Source: Perkinsus chesapeaki ATCC PRA-425
Taxonomy: Eukaryota; Protista; Perkinsozoa
Assembly (NCBI GenBank): GCA_013115145.1
Contig: JAAPAO010000115.1
Span: forward strand, 1-64,000
Length of the DNA: 64,000 nucleotides
Reading direction: 5' to 3'
The notes below the pieces were generated by a model, which saw only the letters and a list, made by a program, of their open reading frames with translations, was not told the origin of the DNA and did not search any database. Shown one piece after another: positions 11,855 to 22,041 of the stretch (position 1 is its first letter; each line of letters opens with the position of its first letter). Position numbers and translations under genes: made by a program.

Positions 11855-14476
11855 CTATTCGAGGTGGGGCCAGAATTGTTGGAGACAGGAAAGGTGTCCA
11901 GCAATGACGGCCCCGGGGTATTCCACGAAGCTGGATAAAATCGTTTCAACGAATCCACGTTGCTCCGGCGACAGGTTAAACGGATCCTTAGGGGGCATTT
12001 CGTAAGCAACTCGAGCTGCAGTTGGCAGAGTTAGGTCGGGAAGAGTCGTGAAAAGATTGAGTTCAACGTCGGTTATCGCGACACCGGGAATTGTGAGAAC
12101 AACTCCCAAGAACGATACGAGTAGAGGCTTCATCGAATTGTGGGACTCAACCTGAGAGAAAAGTACAACTGATCTCTCCGACGTACTGTAGCTAATAAGC
12201 ATTTACACCGTTAATAAGACAGCGCTTGAAAATTTCAAATCATTCTGAGTTGATAAACAACTCAGTTGATAAATTGTTGGATTAGTGGAAGCAATTTAGC
12301 ATGTAACCAAAGTACCGACGGCAAATTGATATACGACCTGGCGGAAATATGGTATGAATCTGTTAGAGGAATATTCTAAATGTAAGAATAATAAGCGAAC
12401 ATCCCCACCGGCAAGATTCGAACGCGTGGGGTGATATGGCTCGACTTTTCATGGGAGTTCAATTCAGAATGCTAAATGAGGTATACAGTAGCCTACCACT
12501 TCTTCTGCAGTGAATGTTCGGGTGTAGAGTTTAGTGAGACGATCATCGATGGACCAATCAAAGTGCTTGTAAGGAATATATTGTTGAGATCGAAGATACT
12601 TTATCCAACCAGGTGCCAGATGTGCACGCTCAGCTCCGTTTATTAATGTCTTCAGGTATCTGAGAGCAATACATAAACGAAGGGGAAGGGAATGATATGT
12701 TTTTAAAAGGAATGCTTCTCTAAAACACCTAAAGGAGTTTTTCGTGTTCTTTACCAATCGTTTTATATATATATAAAGTCTGGAAGGATGTAATAATGAG
12801 CTGCTGCTGCTACTGCTGCTACTGCTGCTGCAAATCAGCATCTAGCACACTTTGCATTGCTCGTAGAGTACATTATCGAACACATGGCTCCTCAAATGAA
12901 GCGAGTTGAACGTGGCGACTCATCACTGGTGAGCCCATTATGGTAGAAATGGGGCCATTACAGTTGTACAACATCACAAACACATGCCATAGCTTAGTAT
13001 CCTTTAAGTTGTTTATTTTTTCAACGAAAAGTTGTATGTGAGCATAGAATCTACGACACTCATTGCAAATCGCAAGTCCTCGGCAATTCACTAGCAGTTT
13101 GCCGTGTGATGCGTTGGCAATCGGCGATGCAAAGCTCAGTTTAAGACATCTCTGCGACCGCCTGTTTCACTAACGGGAAGTCATGTGCGCACCTTCGACT
13201 AGGCAGCCCATCCTCGAGCTCGCTAGATCCCGGAAACGTCTTTGTTTGCATATATATCATGACCCTCAAGCTCCCACCGCTACAATCATCAACGTATGGT
13301 GATACTTCAATCCATTGACGGTCATAAGAAGGGCCCTCACGAGAATCCAAAGTCCGAAGGCCCTCCTTGGTGAACCAGACAACAACGCCGTGAACCTGAA
13401 GGTGGGGAAGGAATAATATTGATAGGAGCTACTTCTGTGCTGGTAATCAGATGACGAACTTTGCTACATAGGATATTTCAACCATCTCGGTTATTTTCCT
13501 CCCTTTGTGCGTCGAGTTAATCCGCGTCCGATGAGAGCCCCTCCACTATTCAAGAGTAGCCATTACTCGTATTAGTCGAGCGTGGTGGTCTCGCATAAAA
13601 AGCCCTGCCGGATCCGTGCTGGACCGGAGCGCGACGTGGCCCAAGGTGCAGGAAAGTATCGAGGATTTTTTCTTCGAAAACCAAGTCCGTGGAGTAATAT
13701 AGCGATATATCCATGTTAGAAGAGTTCCCATGCCAAATTTCAGGTTGATATGACTAGCAGTAGTAGTTAAGAAGTTGAGCCCTCCACACGACCTTGGGTC
13801 TCTAGCTTGCGCGTACTGTAGAAGGTGTAGATCTCAATATTATTGATACCAGTCATTATAAGTAACGTGCGATAGAGAACAATCATCTAGTGCTCTTGGC
13901 ATTCTTTTATTTATACCGCAACCAGCACACGGTGGATGAGCGTAGAATTGTATGTTGAGAAGCATGGCTCATTGGTGCCATACATAGGCTGATAATCGAA
14001 ATAATTCCCAACGTATCAAACTGGCTTACTGTCGATCCTTTTTTTGGACGAACATTGCCGTAATGACCTTCATAAGCAACCATGCCTTTCGGGGATAAAT
14101 TAAATATCAACTCGTAATCATCGAGGGTCTGAAAATGACACGCATCTCTCTGAGACAATCGAAGATTCATCTAGCGGCAGATGCAAACAATCGATACCGT
14201 CTTTCATTTGCCAACTTCGATGCTATTCGTCCGACCATTCAAGAACGGTGGTATTTCTGCACCACAGTAGAGCTCTCAAATACCAAAGAACGGACGTCGA
14301 TTTCCATGGCAAACAGTTTAACGTACAGCTCTAATTGGTTTCCGGTTGCTAACTTCAATCCCTCGACTCTTGAGAGAATCTAAGCTCATATTTGCACCGA
14401 ACGAGAAGACTGGTATCTCCCCACTGGATGGTATTGGCTCTCGGGAGCCCAAAACATTTTTGAAAACATGTATCAT
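11855..14476 (-). CDS. Gamma-glutamylcyclotransferase-like (GGCT/AIG2) domain fused to a C-terminal cytochrome b5/steroid-binding-like domain, paralog 1 (multi-exon)
   Basis: Exons read IPVFSFGANMSLDSLKSRG / LDDYELIF / VHGVVVWFTKEGLRTLDSREGPSYDR / YLKTLINGAERAHL (GGCT motifs), then RTFTAEE|VESHNSMKPLLVSFLGVVL (b5-fold start). Confidence 0.75.
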
Positions 14477-14899
14477 AAAAACAACTAAAATGAATGTTGC
14501 ACCTCGATACCATTCACACTCATCATCAACAGGCCAGAGATATCTTAATTTTCGGAGCTACCATTTCTGGGACTATGGTTTCAGTTAATTGATCCACATG
14601 AATTTATTGTTGTCAACGTTTATCAGTTCATTATCGTATTGAATCATCCTCTGTGACTTGTAATTCGACAGCAGCCTTGTTATTGGTAACAAGTGACGCA
14701 TCGGAAAACTCCGGGATGGTTTCCGGGGTATCTTTCGAGATCCGAGCTCGAGTAACTGTCGTTGGTCGGGTGCGGGAGAGAAGTGTTACAGATGGTGCAT
14801 AATCGATCAAGCGATCGATTTCAGAGTTATATCTCATAACTACTTCAAACACAACTCTCCTGTTATGAGAAACACGAGATGAAATAGAATCAAAACTAA

Positions 14900-16693
14900 T
14901 CATGATTGCACTCCCCAATACTTCTCGAAATCGCCTTCCAATTTCCCTACAATTCTCAACCGTTTAGTTTGCGAAACGGCAGACTCTAAGACAGTCTCAA
15001 GAAATCCTCGTTGCTCCTCCGACAAGGAACCTTCAACTGGCGAGGCGTCATAGGAAACAAATCGAGCGCAAGTGTGGGTTAGATCCCCACCGAGTGCAAA
15101 AAGCTTTCGTTCAAGTGTTGTCAAATTGTTCGGGACAGCCAGAACGACTCCCAAGAGGGATATCAGCATTGTAGATTCGGATTCACGGTGATGGGGAATC
15201 TGAAGAAGCATGATTATCAAATCCAAATTCGACGCGGAAGGGGGATAGTCGTGGAAATAACACGAATATGCTACCAGTGTGATGATACATTGAAAAGGGT
15301 GAAGTACAAGATTTATCAGAGCAAGGGAAAAACAAGTGCGCAACTGTTGGAGACTGAAGGAACCTCAAAGAGGTCATCATTGCTATAGGAAGTATTTCCA
15401 AGTTGAAAAAGGCTGACAAGATCAGCTTCGTTTTTTCTCACTTCTTCCTTTTTGAAAGTCTTCCTGTTAAGCTGTTCGATCCTCCCTTCCGCGGCGATAT
15501 CAAATTTCATGAAGTCTATAAAAGGGATCGATCGAAGCTTCGAGATCCATTTGTCGCTTAATTCAGCTTTTTCTGCTCCGTCGATCAACGTCTTAATATA
15601 CCTTGAATCAACACTTTAATTTCTCATACCAACTTTTACTCACCTCCTCCCAGGTTTCCCTTCATTTCGTTCACCAGGTTGCTGTTGATAAATCATAACT
15701 CCAATTTCATCTCCTCCATCATAGAGTTCAACTGTCGCCCATCGACGCTCATACCGTGGGCTTTCAAAACCATCTAGATGAGCCAAGCCCGCTCGAGTTA
15801 TCCAAAACACTACACCGTGGACCTATGGGAGTCAATCATACTGGTAAAGTGGAAGATGCTGGAAAGGCTATCAAACCCATTGTGGAATACCTTTACTGTC
15901 AGACCGCCAGTAATACCGTACGAATTTCGATCAGATGTTTCACGGGCTCGAGTTTTTCGGTCAATTTTCGGTAACATTTCAATTGAGTCGTGGAATCGAG
16001 TCATACCACTTTGGGTGATACGTTCCTCTAGATGCGGAAATGAAGGTTAATGGAAGACTGAAAGAGCACCGAAACCGGGAGGGAAGTCCATTAGCACGCG
16101 CACGATTTTCTGATCTTCCTATAACACCTCCACCCTATTCTTCTGTTACTAGACCCTTTTATTAAGATTCAATCACCTCCGAATAAGGGCAAGGAGTAAC
16201 GTTGGCATAATAACCCTCCTTGAAGAAGAGACCTTGTGGCTCCATATCAAATACGAGATCGTAATCCCGTAGTATCTACAAATGACAATATTAAGTATCC
16301 TAATGATTCAATATACGGTATCAAGGATGGCTTTTCATAGCAAAACCTTTTATTAAACGTCTGCCATGTCTGTAATGCTACCAAGCTTCCTTCTGTATAC
16401 ATTAACATAGGCCCTGGACCGTATGGTGCCGTTCGCGAGCGAGAGAGATCAACAATTACTTAACAAACATATATTATAATTCACTGATGCATAAAATCCT
16501 CCTTTTAATAAGCCATAAGTTGATATCTTCCTACCGCTCTTCTCGATTCTTTTAGTCCGGTCTCAACCCCCCGACTCTTCAAGGAATCAGCACTCATATT
16601 TGCGCCGAATGAAAACATCGGTATCTCATCCATGTCTTCTGGTATGTCTACTCGATACGCTTGAGGAGGAGGCTCATCTTCGGACGCAACCAT
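14900..16693 (-). CDS. GGCT-like plus cytochrome b5-like fusion, paralog 2 (multi-exon)
   Basis: Exons read IPMFSFGANMSADSLKSRG / RDYDLVF / VHGVVFWITRAGLAHLDGFESPRYERR / YIKTLIDGAEKAEL / RKTFKKEE|IPHH..MLISLLGVVLAVP..LSEEQRGFLETVL; intron positions mirror paralog 1. Confidence 0.75.
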
Positions 16694-17054
16694 ATTATTA
16701 TTAAAAAAAGACTGGTCGAATGGTAAATATGATTTATTATTTTTAAATAGTAAAATGCTACGAATTTACAAAGCGATGAAAACTGAGGGCACTTACGACC
16801 CGAAACGTTACTGAGAGTATCAAGTGGAACCTTCCTAAAAAATAGTCATATTGGATTGAAGAAGATAAAAGACTTTACCTTGGCCTATCTACACTGACCT
16901 CCGGAGGGGGAGGATAAATGTGACTATAGCCACTAGGGATTTCTATGTTCTATTTGGATTAACCTCCCAAAAGATATTTATTTGCTCAGAACGCTGACCA
17001 TTGATAACGGCAGTTAATATTATAAAACAATATGAAAAGCTTGCTTAACAAAAC

Positions 17055-18067
17055 TTAGTCAAACTCTGGTTCGAGAACAACAGCAACGTTGCTCCCTTTA
17101 AACCTCATACTTGCCAATAGCTTTCCAGCACCGATAGAATCGAGCTGTTGGATCGACGATTCGATACCAAGAAGTTGCTTGTCAATCTGGAATAGGTTGC
17201 CGTCTCCATCGTCACCAGTAGGAGTCATACCGTACCGCCATACGAAGAACTTAGTTAGCATCTTGTAGTTAGCATTACCATATAAAGAATGGATAAATGC
17301 TCGTCGAAGGCAAGGCACGTTGGGCGACGTAAACCATCGAGAAGTACTTCACCGGGCTTTTTACGGTTATAAGTGTCGAATTGAACAACCCTGCTGTTGG
17401 AGGTATCGGCAACTAGAATAAATCTATCTTTAATAAGAATAGTATCAGAAGGGAAGGCCAATCGTGGGGCTTCATGAGAATTAACGGTATCATAATAATA
17501 AATAGCATGATTGTTGTCAATCTCTATTATTCTACAATTGAATGTATCACATACAATAGATCCTCTTCCACCATATCGCTGGATAGCCGAGAAAACAGTG
17601 TGAGGGGCAATAGTGTTGTTGGCGTCGTCTGGAGGAATGAGTAAATCAAGGACAAACTCGTCATGAAGCTCGTGGGCCACACTACCATCTGATCTAAGAT
17701 ACGACCGGCTGAGCAGCTCCCCTGTAGTGGCTCGAAATCTCCCAATAGAACCATCTTGGAATGTGAAGGAACCAATCAAAGTGGGGATATCGGGTTCCTT
17801 GTCCATATAGCGTTTGATAGGAATTAAACGCGTCGGCAAACCCGAGGGCTTCAGAAATTCCCAAACTATCATCTTGAGGTCGCTGCCATAATATTCTGCA
17901 CTGTTATTTGCAGCTTCCAACAAAATACACATTTGCGGTCGAGTTCTCTCATAAATTGGCCTCTCCTGTGTTTGGTTGAAATCACTTTTACAGAGGAGTG
18001 AATCAGAGAATGACGAAATGCCGTGGCCGATGGGTTTTATGATGTTATTTGAAAGGCGGGCCCCCAT
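17055..18067 (-). CDS. F-box-like plus NHL-repeat protein (two ORFs, joined if a 29-nt intron is spliced)
   Basis: SDLKMIVWEFLKP motif; NHL-like LAFPSD...ILVADTSNSRVVQF and LRRPTCLAFD; removing gtaatgctaactacaagatgctaactaag fuses the 17255 and 17055 ORFs in frame. Confidence 0.65.
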
Positions 18068-18130
18068 TTATTAAGACATGCATAAAATATTTTCAGGAAC
18101 CTCCTGCTTAATCGCCAAAAAATGGGAATA

Positions 18131-18212
18131 CGACACCTGAGGGATTCGAACCCTCGCGGGCAGAGCCCAACGGCTTAGCAGGCCGCCGCCTTAACCACTC
18201 GGCCAAAGTGCC
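18131..18212 (-). tRNA. tRNA-Ser(GCT): tRNA-Ser (anticodon GCU), 82 nt
   Basis: GGCACTTTGGCCGAGTGGTTAAGGCGGCGGCCTGCTAAGCCGTTGGGCTCTGCCCGCGAGGGTTCGAATCCCTCAGGTGTCG: paired acceptor, anticodon stem GCGGC/GCCGT around CT-GCT-AA, long variable arm, intact T-arm, G73. Confidence 0.97.
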
Positions 18213-18812
18213 TGATAACGGCAGAAAGGTAAAGGTGCTACTGTATGTGTCAGTTGTCATGAAGGCAACCTTCAGATACGTAGACTCGAAGACCTCGTAA
18301 TATCGCTTTCGAGGTGAACGCTGATTGTATCGAATATTGTCGGCGATGAAATATCATCAAATACGATCAATGAATATCGATGCGAATATGGCAAGCGATG
18401 AAATGACGAGAGAGTGAATTACAAAGTACATTCAGTATATTGGATGGTGAAAAGTGAATCAAACAGCAACGGCTGAATCGCTGCATATGAGCAAGGACGC
18501 TATTTCACTACAGTAACCCTACTCATGTGCAATACGAAGCACTCATTCAATGGCCGCTAACACGTTCATGAGCAAGTTAAATGAGATGGCCGTTCGTTCA
18601 CTATTGGAAACACAAGTCTTTAGTAGAGATATTGCACACTATCTCGTAGCTGATGATGGTTTTGGTCGAAAGAAATATTACTCGCAGATAGCGATTTAAA
18701 ATCAAACAGTAGAGGAGATTCGCTATCGAGTTTGGTGATACAAGGAAAGCCAAACGACCGGTAAAAAATCTAGTAAATGCCTCGCCAATGCCAGGCATGC
18801 GCATGAGCGGCT

Positions 18813-20282
18813 TCAGACGAATAGCAGTAAGAAAATCACAAACACAAGAGAAACGCGAGAATACGGAAGAACAGCCGCAGACGACTGAGGAATGCATTCT
18901 TCTCCTCCGACGGACCGCTTCTCCTTTGGAGCAATTGTAGGTTTTGTCAAACCAATTTCAACCGCTTTCTCAGCATTAAGTCGACCAAAGTAACCAATCT
19001 CGCTGTTGAAGCGGTTGTTCAATCCGTCCGCAGATTCCACTATGGATTTTTTAATGTCGTCAAATGACAAACCAATAGAGTACAAAATAGCAGCAACACC
19101 AGTGACATGTGGAGTGGCCATCGATGTACCAGTCATATATACGTACTCGTTGCTAGGATACGTAGAAGGTATCTCCACACCAGGAGCAGCAATGTCGACG
19201 TACGGTGCGTAGTTGCTGTGTGACGCCAGTTGATCATCGGATGTTCTCCCACTCGACGCTACACAAATCATATCAACCTGTTCGGTAAATGCACAAGGAT
19301 ACACCTTATCAACGCTGATATCGCGGCCTTCGTTACCGGCAGCTGCAACCACCAGATGGCCCTGCTCGGCAGCCCTCGAGATTGCCAACCTGAATGTTGA
19401 ACTGGCATCGGGGCTGCCATAAGAATGAGATGACAAATCGGCACCCTGCTCGACAGCATAATTAAGAGCTTCCAAAGCCAGTCGCACATCGCCCGTGCCG
19501 TCCGGACCGAAGACTCTCAAAGGCATTATCTTCACACGAGCGATACCGGCAACTCCGACACCGTTGTCGGTTACAGCGCCTAGAATGCCAGCACAGTGAG
19601 TACCATGACCATTCACATCACTCACATCGCTGTTGTCGTCATGAAAGTTGTAACCATAACCACAACTATCACTGGCGAAAAGGTTCTCCCGGAGGTCCTC
19701 ATGCCGATAGTCAACACCGGAATCAATAACAGCTACAACAACTTCTCGAAGGTCTCGCTCTTCTATGAGCTTCCACGCATCCTTCATACCAATCAAGTCC
19801 AGGTTCCATTGCTTTGAAGAATACTTGTCGTTGACGCCAAGACCAGACAGAGACGACCGCACCCCACCACTGATGGCAGTGGAGGCAGTTATTTCTAATT
19901 TAAGGGTATAGTTCGGCTCACATAGCACCACCATATCGAGTTCTTCACCAGCCTGCTCCAAATACCGGCATACATCATCACGAGTAGCATTGCATTCCTC
20001 ACCAGCAGTCTTCACAACTTGTACACCAATCGTTGCCATTGTCTCAACCGATAGTGTATTGGCCAAACAAGCCTCCACTGCAGCATCTGTAGATGACAAG
20101 CGTCTTGAGCTGCCAGACCAAAGGGCTGGTACATCACGGACGTCGATAATGTCGGAAATGGACGCCAGCTGAAGTACACCAGATTTGGCCGACTTGGTGA
20201 TGCTTACAATAGTATTGTCATCAGCGATGTCGCCCAATGACAAGTTAATTAGAATAGATAGTATATAGAGGAACCGAAGCAT
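18813..20282 (-). CDS. Subtilisin-like serine protease (S8), secreted, possible GPI or membrane anchor
   Basis: Signal peptide; catalytic VAVIDSG, HGTHCAG, GTSMATPH; hydrophobic C-terminal tail; single exon. Confidence 0.97.
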   Translation of the reverse strand: MLRFLYILSILINLSLGDIADDNTIVSITKSAKSGVLQLASISDIIDVRDVPALWSGSSRRLSSTDAAVEACLANTLSVETMATIGVQVVKTAGEECNATRDDVCRYLEQAGEELDMVVLCEPNYTLKLEITASTAISGGVRSSLSGLGVNDKYSSKQWNLDLIGMKDAWKLIEERDLREVVVAVIDSGVDYRHEDLRENLFASDSCGYGYNFHDDNSDVSDVNGHGTHCAGILGAVTDNGVGVAGIARVKIMPLRVFGPDGTGDVRLALEALNYAVEQGADLSSHSYGSPDASSTFRLAISRAAEQGHLVVAAAGNEGRDISVDKVYPCAFTEQVDMICVASSGRTSDDQLASHSNYAPYVDIAAPGVEIPSTYPSNEYVYMTGTSMATPHVTGVAAILYSIGLSFDDIKKSIVESADGLNNRFNSEIGYFGRLNAEKAVEIGLTKPTIAPKEKRSVGGEECIPQSSAAVLPYSRVSLVFVIFLLLFV

Positions 20283-20456
20283 TTAGTAATGGTATGAGCG
20301 AAGACAGGCTATCAGGGAGACAGCGATTGTGTCGGAGTTGAGGCACTCATAAAATTAACTCAATACAGTATTCAAGCAAACGATTTTAGCCAACAGGCTG
20401 ACATGCTTTAACTGCATTTCACTTCACATAATGCAAATCATTCATTCCAGCAATTC

Positions 20457-21941
20457 TCAGAGGTTAATAATAACCAACAACATCACGGCAAGTCCGGCGG
20501 CAACATTGTACTTGGCACCACCCGCAACACTCCGTTGTGCGATGCATTCTCGACCGCCTAGAGAACGAACAGCATTAGGAAGGACCGTCGGTTTAGTCAA
20601 TGCCAATTCAACCGCTTTCGCTGCATTTAATTTACCGAAATTCTTAACCCTTCCACCAGTATAATAGTAAATGGGATCTACCGAAGCGAGCAGGACCTCC
20701 TTGATATCGGCAGGGCCGAGACCGAACCCGCTCAACAATGCAGCCACACCTGCCACGTGCGGGGTAGCCATTGACGTACCAGAAATATAACGGTAACTAT
20801 TATGTATATAAGTGCTGGGAATACCAACGCCTGGTGCGGCAATGCTGACGAATTCACCGTAGTTGCTCTCATAAGACAGCCTATCTCTGCCGTAGAAATC
20901 AGTAGCACCCACACAGAAAAGATACTCGACCGTTTCAGAGTATGCGCAAGGATAAGCCTTAGCATTGGTGATATCTCGACGATCGTTACCGGCAGCAGTA
21001 AACATGAGATGACCGCGATCAGATGCTCTCTTCATTGATGCTTCAAGAGTTCGATAAGTAGCATCACTTGTGTAGGAATGAGAGGATACTTCAACTCGCT
21101 GAGTTACGATATAGTTGACAGCTTTTAATGAGTAAAGGAGATCACCTTTGCCCATTTCATCGAATGCCCGCAATGACATGATTTTAACAGGAGCAATGCC
21201 CGCCAGACCGACACTGTTATTGATAGTAGCACCGATAATCCCAGCACAATGCGTGCCGTGACCGTTCACGTCTCTGGTGTCGATGCCAGTTTCAAAGAAG
21301 TTGTGGCCATGGCTGCAGTTAGAGTCGGAGAAAGTGACATCAACCAGATCAACATGATCGTACTCAACACCGGTGTCAACAACAGCAACCACAATTTCTC
21401 GAGGGGATCGACGAGCGGCATTAATCTTCTGCCAAGCTTCGGCCAAATGTATCTCATCGAGGTTCCATTGATTGAATACAAGTTCATCATTGCTCAAGTC
21501 GTCAATATTCACTTCCGGCAATCCGACGGTCTCGGGTTCAATCCCACCCGATTGCACAATTTTCAATTCCCCATTTTCTTCGCATAGAACTTCATATTCT
21601 TCCCCCAACGATTCCAGCGCGCCACATAATTCCTCAACAGTCAACGGACAGCCTTCCGACGCAGTATCGATCCACTGCACTCCGATAGCCAGCATATCTT
21701 TCACGTCGCTCAAGCACGCCTTCAACCCCTCGACCTCACCAAGAGCTCTTCGGCCTTCGGTGACAGGTAACAATTCGGGAACATCACGCACGTCGACCCA
21801 GTCACCTGGTGGACCTTCTGGAGGGACTGGGCCTTGATTGAGCCGTCGAGAAGTAAGAGATGAAATAGACAGTACAACACGGTCATCTCCAGTAACAGAC
21901 ATCAACACACCAACAGTAAGAATAGCCAAGCGGTAGAGCAT
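20457..21941 (-). CDS. Subtilisin-like serine protease (S8), tandem paralog
   Basis: VAVVDTG, HGTHCAG, GTSMATPH; same architecture and C-terminal RSxGGxECIxQxS plus hydrophobic tail as its neighbour. Confidence 0.97.
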   Translation of the reverse strand: MLYRLAILTVGVLMSVTGDDRVVLSISSLTSRRLNQGPVPPEGPPGDWVDVRDVPELLPVTEGRRALGEVEGLKACLSDVKDMLAIGVQWIDTASEGCPLTVEELCGALESLGEEYEVLCEENGELKIVQSGGIEPETVGLPEVNIDDLSNDELVFNQWNLDEIHLAEAWQKINAARRSPREIVVAVVDTGVEYDHVDLVDVTFSDSNCSHGHNFFETGIDTRDVNGHGTHCAGIIGATINNSVGLAGIAPVKIMSLRAFDEMGKGDLLYSLKAVNYIVTQRVEVSSHSYTSDATYRTLEASMKRASDRGHLMFTAAGNDRRDITNAKAYPCAYSETVEYLFCVGATDFYGRDRLSYESNYGEFVSIAAPGVGIPSTYIHNSYRYISGTSMATPHVAGVAALLSGFGLGPADIKEVLLASVDPIYYYTGGRVKNFGKLNAAKAVELALTKPTVLPNAVRSLGGRECIAQRSVAGGAKYNVAAGLAVMLLVIINL

Positions 21942-22041
21942 TGCAGAGAGACTTCTACTACCAAAACCAGCACAGGTTCGATCCCCAGCTAATTGACGTT
22001 ATCCACACCACATTGATCATTGAGGAAACGTGTGCTGTTGA

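Noticed and set aside
14631-14918. 95-aa ORF between the GGCT paralogs
   Set aside because: No recognisable motif; paralog 2 ends at the position equivalent to paralog 1, so no extension is needed.
16064-16087. GAGCACCGAAACC similarity to vertebrate U3 snoRNA
   Set aside because: Short match only, with no other U3 boxes in the expected order.
19006-21837. Multiple short ORFs overlapping the subtilisins
   Set aside because: Alternative-frame or antisense shadows of well-supported genes.
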